Shown: positions 36,081 through 48,300 of the stretch, in pieces
Position numbering within the stretch: position 1 is the stretch's first letter
Layout of the letters: each line of letters opens with the position of its first letter
Assembly: GCF_006345805.1 (NCBI RefSeq)
Contig: NC_043002.1
Location: 48,236,001-48,300,000 of the forward strand
Source: Octopus sinensis
Lineage: Eukaryota
DNA: 64,000 nucleotides
Direction: 5' to 3'
Position numbers and translations under genes: made by a program
Notes under the pieces: generated by a model
Told to the model about the DNA's origin: nothing
The model's input: only the letters and a program-made list of their open reading frames with translations
Databases searched by the model: none

Positions 36081-37194
36081 GTTTTTTTCTCTGTAATATC
36101 ATGTGCAGATGTTAACAGGAGCAGGAAGGATGAACCAGACAAAAGTATGCATCTGTAACTTTACTTCTGTCTGTTGTGTTAGGTGACCATACACACGTGG
36201 GTTGCATTCCTGAACAGAGCAGCGCGTTGTGTTCTTGATTAAGACACTGCATTTCACATCTTTCCTGTCTGCTCAGCTTCGAGTATCAGCCAACTACTGG
36301 TCCAACCCATTTTTTCTCTCTTTCTCCCTCCTCTCTCTCTTTCTTTCCCTCTTTCTCTTTACCTGGTTATCCTGATTCTCCTATCAGTCAAGAGAGATAA
36401 TAAAAAGGAAATAAATTTAGAGTAACGACCATTGCCCTTGACTTCCCATGTGACGAACAAACTTATTGCTACTATAGCAATGTTTCCGGAAAGGAAGCTG
36501 GTAGGGCAAATTTGATGCCATGAAAATTTTATGCAAAAGATTTCACGCTATTGATTTTTGCCAATTTCGGTATACTTGACAATCGATGGAGTAACTGATA
36601 GCCTGTATGTGTCAGAAGAATTTGCTATATTTACGGACAAAAGGAAAAGTTATGAACATTTTCAATAATTCCGAAAATGGGTAATTAATTCAATAGCCCT
36701 CTCTGCTGTATCCACATTAAAATTAATTCAATGTATTGCAACTACAAAAATGAATTTTTGTTCGGTAATGTTCTTAGTGTTCCCTTAAACGTGACCGCTG
36801 CATTGGCTCCGTTTTCATAGCCTTAGTTCCTAAACTCTTCCATGGATTTCTTTATCAAGTTTGCAGAACCTGTTTTCTTACATCAGTTTTCGAGATATAG
36901 ACATCTCTTTTGGGACTTTTACTAACAATCAAGAATTTGAACTAACATAAGATAAATGTTTGATTTTCCAGCATAGGTTTCAAGTACGGGATCCTTTTAA
37001 GACGGAAGTTCAACCAGTGAAAGGAAATTGCCATTTTGAACATCGCCACGTAGATGTTGACTCTTTCTCCCCTTAATATAATAATGTGAATTAAGTGGTG
37101 TAAAATATTAGTTCTGTGACTTGCTTTTCCCTTTTGGCTATGCAAAAAACGTTCAATGAATCTGTTTGAATGGATTTTTTATTCGAAAGAGGAA

Positions 37195-37360
<166 letters not shown>

Positions 37361-38750
37361 GAGGATGGAATGAAGGGAGGGAGGGAGAGAGCAGAGACAG
37401 ATAATCAAAGAGAGAGAGAGAGAGAGAGAAAGAGATACAGACAGACAAACAGACACTGAAAAAGAGAGATAAAGGCAAAAAGAGTCCCGAACTTGGAAGT
37501 TTTCTTGCCTTCTTTCCTGTTATCTGATCCACTGGTATTTGGATCGATAAGCTAAAAAAGCGAGGCAGTGGCTTAAAGATTTTCCAAGTCTAATGCCGTT
37601 ATTGCGCAGAGGATTTTGAGTAAAATGCTTTGTTTTCCGATAAAAGGGGGCGGAGTTTACATTCAAAGCAATGTTTTCAAACGAGGTATCTTCCACGTGG
37701 TCCTTCAATCCACAAGAAATAAGAGAGAGATTCTCCCTCGAATATATGATGTGGTCACTAGTTTCTTGTACACAGGAAAGTAACAGGATGACAACAGTTT
37801 CATTGCCTCTGATAATAAGTCTGATCAACTGAGGCTACCTAAAGATAAGAAGAGTTTACTGATCCATCCATATTGCCACTTACGCATGTATGTATGCATG
37901 CATGTATGTATGTATGTATTAATATATGTATGTATGCGTGTGTGTATGTATGTATGCATGTATGTCTGTATGTGTGTATGTATGTATGCATGTATGTCTG
38001 TATGTATGCATGCATGTATGTATGTACGTACGTATGTATAAACACATACATATTGTTCGATGGAACACTACATACTTTAAAAAGATGAGATAGGCCTATG
38101 TAGAAAGTCAGATCTCATGCAGTAATTTAAATTATGCACATTAAGTTAATTTTTTTTAATCTCTGTAAATGTTTTATTTTAGTGTTTATTCCTTTTTCTC
38201 ATTCTTCCGCTTCATTTCAATTTAATAATCATTTCACATGGATTTTTATTAAAATCTGTTTGCAAATTACTCCCTCATTAAAAGTTTTATTGTAGTTTCG
38301 AAATCTTTTATTTGTAAAATTAGACTGAACGCAAGTTTGTATATCGATTTTGTTTAGATTTTCTGTTGCACATTAACAGAAATAAACGCTTGTCACATTT
38401 CAAGAAGAGGAAGATTTCTTTTATCATAATGCTAGTAGCAGCAACACAGACATGATAAACAAACTGAACAGAGGAAAAGTACCCATTCTATTATTCACCA
38501 TTCATGAAATAAGGCTTATCAAAACAAGAACGATGGACAGCAACCAAATTTTAATATTTCATGTTACTGAGGATTAATGCATTATCACTGACGTAAGACT
38601 ACATCATATGTATGTTCATCCATGCGTGCATACATGAACTTATAAGCTCTAGAAGCTTGAGTCACTGCGTGTTTAACTGTCGTTTATTTTAATTTAAATG
38701 ACGATAACGACAGGGGCGATGTAGATGATAATGACGACTATTATTATTAC

Positions 38751-38799
<49 letters not shown>

Positions 38800-38801
<2 letters not shown>

Positions 38802-39014
38802 GGTTGTAAGCTTGCAGAATCGTTAGCACGCTGCACGAAATACTTCACGGTATGCCGCCCGTCGCTACGTTCTGAGCTCAAATTTCACCGAGGTCGACTT
38901 AGCCTATCCCCATGTCGGGGTCGATAAATTAAGTACCAGTGAAACACCGAGATCGATGCAATCGATTAGTTCTCCCTCAAAATTTCAGGCCTTGTGCCTT
39001 TAGAGGAAAAAAAA
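38800..39014 (+). mobile_element. SINE family A, full length, flanked on both sides by (ATT)n
   Basis: Head, core gaggtcgacttagcc...ggggtcgataaattaagtacc and tail ggccttgtgcct; ATT arrays at 38740-38799 and 39015-39097. Confidence 0.85.
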
Positions 39015-39032
39015 TTATTATTATTATTATTA

Positions 39033-39096
<64 letters not shown>

Positions 39097-39099
39097 TAA

Positions 39100-40440
39100 A
39101 ACGAAGAGCGTGATTCGATTGAAATAGATATTTTATTGGTTGAACGATATTTCGACAGTAAGCTTGTCTTTGTCAAGTTCAAAATAAGAAGTGATAAAAA
39201 TTCGAAATTATAGAAATTTAAATTTAAAGTATGAATGAGAGAAACGAGCGTCCACATGTTGATGGAATGACATCACCAGTCTTTGAATTCCAATGTTATA
39301 ACAGGCGAAAAGAAAAAAAAAAAAACAGAAAAAAACGAGAGTAAGAAAGAGGAAAGAAAAAGATAAGGTAAAAAAGAAGAATATTTAATCAAACGGTTTT
39401 GTATAAATTTGATGATATTCTCCTGTCATTTTATTCATTCCTCCAGGGCGTGATGTTAACAATACGCAAACATATTTCTCCTCATGCATTTTGAGAAGTA
39501 AAAGTGAAGCAGATTCAGAATATTTTCTGAGAATACGCACTTTCACATCTTTTTCAAAATTGCAGCCTTTTGAAGCAAAATCCTCGGCAATTTCTGTCGA
39601 ACTACTGTTATTGTGCCTGATGTCATATATGTGCCCATTAAATCTTTTGTTTAATTGTTCAATTCTATAACCAACATAAATCAAGTTGTGTTTCATGCAT
39701 TCTGCTGCGTACACCAAATGTGAATCTCTACATGACCCACCTTCTGTATAAATCATAACATTTCTGTTATGATTCCTGATGGAATTCACTAGACTCGTGT
39801 TTGTTGCACAATGAACGTGGCTTACTTCTCTTGCGTCTGTTTTTCAAGGTACAGTGTGCAGATGCTCCAATGTTCGTTTTCTTGGAGTCAGAAATAGAGG
39901 TCAATAATTCTCTTATATTCTTCCTCCGTATAAAGGCTGCAATAGGCGGCTGAGGAAATATCTGTTTGAAATGCGGATATTTTTTCGCTACGTGTTGGTA
40001 ACTTTCATGCAGCACTTTTGAAATACCAGCGAAATTTGTCATCTATTGTATTGTGATTGCTAAAATTATGCGTGAAGGTTTGACTATCTTTGCTAATCTT
40101 AGCCATTTCATTTATTATTTCCTCTAATCGTGATTCAATGTAACCGCGTTTGACATCATGATGTACAGAAGTCTTTGTATATTTCCAGCAGCCCCCTATG
40201 TCAGTACTAAACCGTTTTATCCTCAAAAATTGGGATTTCGGATTTTATCGAAAAATATGATGTGGATGATTGGTGTGGCGTGGAGATAAATGTGGGATGA
40301 CGTGGGCTTGCAAAATAACTCTGTCACTATTCTTCCTCCAGAAAACTTAACTTTTGTGTCCAAACAATGCTAGTTTTTGAAAAAACTAGACGTATTTTAT
40401 GTTAGACTTAAAGCTATAGTTTTTAGCAAAAGAGGTTATG
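39100..40440 (-). mobile_element. Neptune-type Penelope-like element, 3' part (RT thumb, Cys linker, GIY-YIG, 3' UTR)
   Basis: LDTKV...TELFCKPTSSHIYLH, RIKRFS, IFPQPPIAAF.R.KN, LVYAAEC...IYVG...LNKRFNGH, LLTSRPGGMN; stop at 39385. Confidence 0.85.
39140..39182 (-). ncRNA. Minimal type I hammerhead ribozyme, U3-A8 core variant
   Basis: TTGAAC-TTGACAA-A-GACA AGCTTAC TGTC-GAA-ATAT-C-GTTCAA: 6 bp helix I, 4 bp helix II, palindromic AUAU helix III; ~200 nt downstream of the PLE stop codon on the same strand. Confidence 0.7.
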
Positions 40441-40849
40441 TGGTGGACGAGGCTGAAAGGATTGAGGAAAAACACCTCCTTTCAGTCAAGCTCTCACTGA
40501 CTTTTTAAAGTTCCACTTGGAAAGGAAAATGAAGGTGGAAAGGGGAGTGTTACCTCCCAGTGAATTTGTGAAAAGATGGGAAGCTGTGGTAAAAATGGTT
40601 CGAGTGAATGGTTCTACTCTAAGCGTGCGCCTATAGATTCGAGAGCAGGAGAGAGTCATCGTACATTTGGTGGTTAGAGTAATCATTATTGGCCCTTGTT
40701 GGAGTCTCCTTCCTGTTTCAGGAGGACTGTATCATTCATGATATCACATATCTTGTATTCTCTCTATACTTTTATTGCATTTCATCTTTTCTATTTCTTT
40801 CTTCCCATCCTATATGTAAATCCCTCCTACTATGGAACCATGCTAACTA

Positions 40850-41050
40850 AGGTGGTGAGCTTGTAGAACTGTTATTGCGCCGGCCAAAATGCTTCAAGTA
40901 CAAATTTCGCCGAGGTCGACTTTGCCTTTCATCCTTTCGAGGTCGATAAAAACAGTACTAGTCGAGCACTGGGATCAAAATAACCAACTAATTTCAAAAT
41001 AACCAAAATAACCAAAATTTCAGTCATTGTGCCTATAATAGAATGAATTA
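40850..41050 (+). mobile_element. SINE family A, internally deleted
   Basis: aaggtggtgagcttgtagaac...gaggtcgactttgcctttcatcctttcgaggtcgataaa...ttgtgcctata. Confidence 0.75.
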
Positions 41051-42248
41051 TAATTAATATTAATAAAAAAAGTGATGCTGGTGTTTATGATGATAGTGGT
41101 GGTTGTAATGGCACACAGAATTATTCTTGAGCGAAGCAGATTTGCCTAGAAAACTGCATAATTTATGTCACCGTTAGTAACATAAAATTGCTTCATTTCC
41201 TTTTGTTTTCGATTTGTGTTCTTATATCTCAGGGTTTATTTTCGTTTTTTCTATTGTGTCTGTTTCTTTTAGATTTTCTTTCTTGACGTGAATTAGCTGA
41301 ACGTCTTTTTTTTTGTTTTTTAAAAAATAATAATGGATGATTCTTATTGTCAACGTGGGTTGCTTTAAAAAGAAAATGAAAATGCAATTTTACGTAGTTA
41401 TCTTCGGTCCATGAAAAATTAATCTACTGATAAAAAAAAAATTAAGTAAAACTCTGAAACATTATTCTTGAATCTCCACCAAACCATATTATGGAAGAGT
41501 GAACAGATGTTGCAATATAATGTGAGGTTCAGTGACATTTAATCAGCTAATTTAATCGCTATTGCATAACGAAAATTATTGTGGCTAGAACACATGAAAT
41601 ACCATAGGCTTGTTTTTTATAAAGTCTTCTGTAGCTTTCAAAGTGTGTATTAATATCATGACATTATGATTATAAAAAAAATCATTCATAACACAGTGAA
41701 CGCTATTTCTGTTCATAAATTTTCCATTACGCATTTTAAGTAATCTAATGCGCCAAATTTACTCAACTAGTGTTAGCTTTTGTTGTTATTCTTGTTGTTA
41801 TTGTTTGATCCTAGATCAATCATGATCAAGCGATCCAATATAAACTAAACTGCTGCCAATTTGCATTTCAAATCAAGGACAAAGTTATAATAAGTATACG
41901 TGTCTAAGAGTGTACAGTGTAAAAGGAAGGAGGTTTACCTGTTTTTCTAAAGGCCCCCGACGACCACATTGAAGCAAACTTGCTGGCGTGTGTTTCTTGT
42001 CACTTAATCAGGGAGAGAAAAACAGCAGAGATGAACGTTTGTATTCAGGAATTCTGAGACTGCAAGGAAAGAATTAGAAAATTATCCTCAAGCGGAGAAC
42101 TGAATAAAATGTTTGCAACAGAGAGTAGTTAACTGAAGGACTTCAAAAACCAGTCAACGGGATTAAGTTGGTTTAGCCCTCAAGAACTGAATATCATTAA
42201 GCACCTTTTCAACGCTCTAACAATTTCGCCTTTTAAGAGGCCTTATCT

Positions 42249-42281
<33 letters not shown>

Positions 42282-42490
42282 TATATTAAATCTCAGAGCG
42301 AGAGGTAAACATTAACAGTATGGAATCGTAAAATATATTTGCCAACTAAATGTAGCGGTCCCATAGAGAACGGTGTTACTGTTGTTTTCAGCCCCAGGAA
42401 AACATCTCCTCCAGTTGGCTAACGACACACTGTTTGAGTCTGATTAGTGTTTGCGAGGAGAGGTCATCGCGTCCATCTCTAGTCTTACGT

Positions 42491-42531
42491 GATACACACA
42501 GACCCGAGTTTCTTTGTAATTACCCGTCTTC
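42491..42531 (-). ncRNA. 5'-truncated hammerhead relic
   Basis: GAAGA-CGGGT AATT ACAAA-GAA-ACTCGGGT-C-TGTGTG; the core is cut by the fold-back junction. Confidence 0.6.
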
Positions 42532-42746
42532 TTGGGGCTAAAAGCAACAGTGACATCGTCCTGTATGAGACCGCCACATTTAGTTGGCAAATATATTTTA
42601 CGATTCTGTACAGTTACTGTTTACTTCTCGCTCAAAGATTTAATATAGCTTATTTCTCCTTTTTCGAGATCAGCGACACTTTGTCGCTGGAAAAATGCAT
42701 ATAGTATTTTGTGAGTGCAATGAGTTTTCATCACTAGCTGGTGATT

Positions 42747-42795
42747 ATCACACACTGAAGACGGGTAACTACCCAGAAACCCGGGTCTTGAGAGA
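42747..42795 (+). ncRNA. Minimal hammerhead ribozyme with palindromic helix III
   Basis: CACACA-CTGAAGA-C GGGT AACT ACCC A-GAA-ACCCGGGT-C: intact core, GUC site (cut after 42787). The 3' strand of helix I is degraded here but preserved as TGTGTG in the inverted copy. Confidence 0.72.
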
Positions 42796-43064
42796 GCCTC
42801 TGATCGACCAAATCCTTGTAAGTGGATTTGGTAGATGGAAACTGAAAGAAATTCATTGTACATATATATGTACATGCATATGTTCATGCGTGCGTGCTTG
42901 TGGCTCCCTATGTTTCCCACTCCATAGCTTGACAACCGATGTTGGTGTGTTTACCTTCCCGTAACTTAGCGGTTCGGCAGAGGTGAACGATAGAATAAGT
43001 CCAGGGGTCGATTTCTCCAACTAAAAGTCTGTGCTCCAGCATGGCCACAGTCAAATGACTGAAA
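42796..43064 (+). mobile_element. SINE family B, 5'-truncated
   Basis: cgaccaaatccttgtaagtggatttggtag...gtgctccagcatggccacagtcaaatgactgaaa. Confidence 0.8.
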
Positions 43065-43068
43065 TATA

Positions 43069-44307
43069 TAGAGTATTCGGTCTAAATTTAGGTTTGCAAA
43101 AACAGGAAAATATGAAAAACAGCATCCTATCTAAAAATAAAGTATTTAAAAAAATTCGAAACGTATCAACTAAATCATTTAGCTTACTCAAAGTAGCCGC
43201 CCTCAGCTTCCATCACAGCTTCAAGACGGCTCCGGAACTTAGAGCTTGCTTCTCTCACTGTGTCAATTGGAAGACCTTCAGATACTTCTTTGATTTTGGC
43301 CACTAGCTCGGCCTTAGTGTTGCAGGCAGAGCGGTTGCTATTTTCTCAACCGCGCCCCCGTACATAGTGAACAATGGGATTACAATAGGAAGGATTAGGA
43401 GGCCAGAAATTATGGTTTGTGAAGTCGCCAAACTTCTCCAACTACGTCTATATATTTCCAACATTCTATATATTTCAGGAGCTAAATCCTGTTGCCACGC
43501 ATATGGCTTTTCAGCAGCAACCCATTTCAGCCAGAGTTTAACCACAGTCTCCAGCAGTTTCATATAGCCTAAGGTCCCGTTCATTATATGACGTCACACT
43601 CACTGGAGATATTTAAAGATCATCAGAGTTTGGGAGAACTGGGTTTTCATGATATGTAAAATATAACATGGAGTGTAGGCGGAAAATATGGATGCTGTGC
43701 AACGGGTCCTGGAAGAAGTTCTGTCTGAAAAGAACCAGATTATCCTCGGTTGAAGAGGATGACTCAAATTGTTCAGGAGCTTCTTTGCCTTCGTCAAGCA
43801 TTTCTCATTAGCCTTGACTGTCAGAATCTGCCCTTTGCGCCTCTTTTACAATAGCGAAGGTCTTCATTCAAATCCAACTTCATGGTGGCGACTTCAACGC
43901 TCATCTCTCTCATCAAAGCCTGGAGGAAATTACTCGGATTTTCGATCACCACGTTCTACAGTTGTTGATTTAATTCCAGCACGCAGATGCAGTCAAAATG
44001 CGTGCTGTGTCTCTTCTTGCTCACATCGTCTTTGTCTCTTTGTCACACCTTGCAGCCTTTACAGTGTCCACAGAGCATTGAACAGCAGTTGTGATATCAG
44101 CATTTTGACACCTGGTATCAATCACCATGATATAGGTAAATCTTTTCCAATATTCAGATGACATCCAGCTCTCCATGTCAGACAAGTTTTTCTCATCAAC
44201 ATCTTAAATCTTTATGCTCCTCAACGCCGTTGACTGTTCACCAAAACATTAAGCTGTTCCTGAAAAAAGGAGACATAAAAATTGTCAAATTTAGCCCGAA
44301 CACCCTG
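43069..44307 (-). mobile_element. Tc1/mariner maT (DD37D-like) transposon, near full length, degraded
   Basis: TIRs tagagtattcggtctaaattt vs cagggtgttcgggctaaattt (17/21). KLLNNLSHP...IIWFFSD, LETVVKLWL...PYAWQQDLAP, NFWPPN...CNP, KFRSRLEAVMEA. Confidence 0.88.
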
Positions 44308-44325
44308 TCTTTATATGCATGTATG

Positions 44326-44361
<36 letters not shown>

Positions 44362-45635
44362 ATATTATATATATATATATGTACACATATATATACACAT
44401 AAATATGTATATGTAGATATATATACATATATATACACATAAATATGTATATGTAGATATATGTGTTTATACTTACGTACATTTATGTGTGCATGTATAC
44501 ATACATTAATGCACACACACACACACGCACACAAGTTAGGCGGGTGAAAAATTACAGAAGTGACTCAAAGTTCACAGAATTTTAAAAAAAGAGAAAAAAA
44601 CAAATGTGAATACTTTCACAAATACAAATGAACATGAAAAAGATGTAATATTAGTTTCGGTGAGTTTTATAACAAAAGCAAAGCAGCAGCTGTTTGAACT
44701 TTAGAAACCGGAGAGAAATGTTGGTTATGGGTCAGCTCTCGTGGAGAAAAAAATGACACAGGAACATAAATAACAAAAATGAGTACTCTCTTGATTGATG
44801 AAATCATAAAAATACCGCTGCAGGGGAAGTAAAATATCCCCGTTTTTCTCAAATCAGCGAGGGTTTAATATGCTTCCAAAAGAGCAGTTGTAAAAGCTCT
44901 GGCCGATGTATGGCACAATGAGGAATCATTTAAGTGTCAGTAAAGCGTATAAGAGTGTATGTATGGTCTTTTAGACCGAGGACAAAGTGAAGCAACGATA
45001 CCGCAGTACATGGAAATACTTAGCACGTAGATTAATTGCAATCACAGACTCTGTCATGGATGTTTATATCATCGTCATCTTTGCAGCACAGTACGAGTAC
45101 TTGGTGAGTGCATCAATGATACGCACTGGTATACGGTCGGTTGGATCCTGAATGAAAGTACATGTCCTGATAACCCTCTCCCTCACCCCACGAAAGCCAT
45201 GATACTATACTGGAGCTGCATCCCGTTGTAGGAGTAGAAGAGTAAAGCAACAAGTTTTGGGATACATAGTAGAAACTTAATCATAACATGTGTGGGAACA
45301 AATAACAAAGCGAGTATTCTTTTGTCCAGAAAGGGCGTAAAACCGCAATGTGTGCACCGAGAGAAAAAAAATGTAAAATATAGAGAGGCGACAAAATATC
45401 GAAGACAGAAGAAAAGGAGTTTAGGCGAAAAACAGTAAGAAGAGCCGATTGCAGTTTGGGATTGCATGAGATTTACGATCGCTGAATCCCCAGCAAAGAG
45501 GCAATAATATGGCAGAGGAGATATAAGAAAAGAACATGTTCAGAGACAGGGGACGCATTGACTCAACCTAACAGGCAGCTCCTTACTGGTTTGAGGTGAG
45601 TTGCCCTTATTTGTTTTACATCTTTTATTTGTATG

Positions 45636-45835
45636 AAGGCCGACGGGTTGGCATAATTGCTAAAGCAATTTCAGGAACTGTCCTGGCATTCTACGTTCTA
45701 AATACTACCAGGGTCGGCTTTGCCTTTACTTCGATAAAGTAAGTACCAGTTGAGTACAGGAGTTGATGCAATCAACTAGTCCTGTCCACTAAAGTTGCTA
45801 CATCTGTACCAAAATTGGAAAGAACTATTATTATT
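45636..45835 (+). mobile_element. SINE family A, degenerate
   Basis: gggtcggctttgccttt...cgataaagtaagtaccagttgagtac; short ATT tail. Confidence 0.6.
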
Positions 45836-46043
45836 ATCTCTTTTCTTTCCTTGGGTTATCTATATTACATCTTAGCTCCTTCCCGTAGCTTAAAGATGCA
45901 ACGCGTCTTGGTACTTCGTAACCTTACGTTCTCTGTCTTCACGATACTCTGGTCTGCCATGAAGGTCCATTCTTTGGATTACTTTTGATGAGAGTGATAT
46001 CTGATGAAATAAGTAGTAGTAGTGGTGGTAGTAGTAGTAATAT

Positions 46044-46285
46044 AAGGCGCGAGGTGGCTGAATCATTGGCTTGCCGGACAAAATGCTTAGTAGTATTTCG
46101 TCCGTCTCTACGTCTTGAGTTCAAATGTCACCGAGATCAAATGTGACATTGAGTTCAAATGTCACTCTCTATCTTTCGGAGTCGATAAAATATGCACCCG
46201 TCATGCATTGGGGCAATATAATCGACTAACTCCTTCCTCAGAAATTTCAGGCCTTGAGCCTATCGTAGAAATATGTCTATTCTTA
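46044..46285 (+). mobile_element. SINE family A
   Basis: Head ggtggctgaatcattggc, duplicated gagttcaaatgtcac, tail ggccttgagcctatcgtagaaa. Confidence 0.75.
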
Positions 46286-46589
46286 TTCATATTCTGAGTT
46301 CTTGACTTCTGGCTCTCGGAGCCATTACAGTTAACTCATTATGTAGCTGGCGCGTTCATAAGGTGAACCTTTAACCATTAATGTCAACTGACTATTCTCC
46401 AGCCAACTACCGACCAATAAGTTTTCACTAGCTATGAAACAACCACGTTTGTACATCTTTTACTATTTCACATGCACTTTTTGTAAAAGCACAGTTATAT
46501 AAAACTTTGACTAAACTTTGACTAACTTTGTTATCTAAACTTTGACTGAATATTGTCATACCAACGTGCAAGCAGCTTAACACAACACA

Positions 46590-48300
46590 AACAAGAAAAC
46601 TGGATTCATGTTCGACTCCTCACTAAGGAGTCTCCGCACCATCCCGCAGTTTAGAGACTCAACACTTTTCTCAACACATATGCTGTTCCAAGTATTGGTA
46701 CCAACGGTGTACTTCCTATAAAGTTTGGTATTTACAGCTTTTCATGCCAGAATATTATATATATCTTGCAGTTCCAGATGATTTTTCACATAGTCTAGAC
46801 AAAGGTATACTGCTGTCTTATCAAAGCTACATTTAATTGAGTTGGTTCGTAAAGATAGTTCTTCAGCAGCAAAGATTAGTCCTGTCGCCTTAAAAAAAAT
46901 CCGTGTCTTAACCATTTCCAACATGCTTCATCCGTTTGATTCGATGTTTGCTTGAAAAAGTCTTCGTGTAGAATTTTCTCTTTCCAGTAGCTGATCTTTC
47001 CTTTATTAGTCCTCATTTTGAACTTGGTCTCACCGTGGGCACTGATTACCACTTCACTTAGTGCAACCTGTAACATTTTTCATCGCTATTTCTTAGATAG
47101 GCATGCAAGGACTTGATCTCATTAATAACATTATCCGCTATTCCAACCATTCCTCTTCCTCCTTCCTTTCAAGGTAAGTAAAGCCTTCCTATATTACTTT
47201 CAGTTTGAAAGCAACTCCCGCGCAGTAGCGTGCCACATCTACAGCCCAAGCGTTGATGCCTCTAATCAGGTTTCCTCCATTAATCTTGGTCTACATAGCT
47301 TTTTCCCTCTCCTGGTATATTTAGAAGGAATTGTTTTTTTCATTTTCATGCCCCTCATTCTGTTTATTCCAGTTCCAAGATCCATGTATTTTGATTGTTT
47401 TTCCCCATTAGTCACTCAGATAATGGATTAGAAAGGATCAAGAAGTATCTCATCATACAAGAAGTCTATTGGTAGTTCTTGGGGTTTATACCCAGAGAGT
47501 TTGCATAGCTCCAGACGACTGTGATCAGTTCCTTGTCATGTACTGTGATGAATATTCGTACCACTTCCTTTCTGCGTTTCGGTTGCAGAGTGAATATAAC
47601 TGCCGATTCGTTCCCGTTTGGGAATAGTAAAGAATTCAAAATGACTAGCAGCTCGATATAATGTGGTCAACCGTTAATATACTGGATGCATTATCTGCTA
47701 TTCATGTTAAGTAACTTCCATTACTTTATTTCTGTTATTTATTTTGTTGTTTGGGACTAGGCATTATTTTGTATAAATAATATCAGACCTGTTTCTGCTT
47801 ATCGTCCAGTGTTTTTGAGCCATTGTTGAATTGGACTCTGGCCTACTTTCTTTTCGTTGAGTATGAAGGGATATTAGCCGTGGAAGGATTTTTTCCCCCC
47901 ACTTTTATGTCAGTATATTTTAGAATTCTGCTTTTCTTTCGTCTGCTGTTTTTTTTTTATTCTTTTCGTTGATTTATTCTCATCTAATTCTATCAATTTT
48001 GAGTTATTAGTCTCCAGCTTATGTTTTATCGTTTCTTTGCATCTAAATAGAAACAAAATACCTTTTAAACTTTTAAAAATGCTCCTTCGTTATACTTATC
48101 AGCTTCCCCTTTGCATGCTTTAAAGTATTTTTGTAGTTCTATTGTTATTTAGCATTAGTTTTCTTTTTGCCTCAGATCCTTCCAGCTTGTGTGCTGAATA
48201 GGTTTATCCTATCAATCGGATTTGAAGGTGTGTTTTTCAGCACTCTGACGCAAGTTTATTGTTTGCCCTCTCCAGCTTTAAACTTCTGCTTTATTATATA
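46590..48300 (-). mobile_element. R4/Dong-clade LINE relic (RT to C-terminus, endonuclease mostly deleted)
   Basis: NLIRGINAWAV, GRGMVGIAD, WKEKILH, GLIFAAEELSLRTNSIK, ending LGTAYVLRKVLSL*. The portion above ~47750 is weakly supported. Confidence 0.75.

Larger units (their letters stand above)
42281..42795 (+). mobile_element. Second non-coding retrozyme-like fold-back element (~355 nt monomer)
   Basis: 42281-42397 is the reverse complement of ~42533-42648; hammerhead copies at 42491-42531 (-) and 42747-42795 (+); inversion point at ~42532. Confidence 0.8.

Noticed and set aside
44950-45600. Possible LINE 5' end or APE endonuclease
   Set aside because: No complete APE motif found in any frame.
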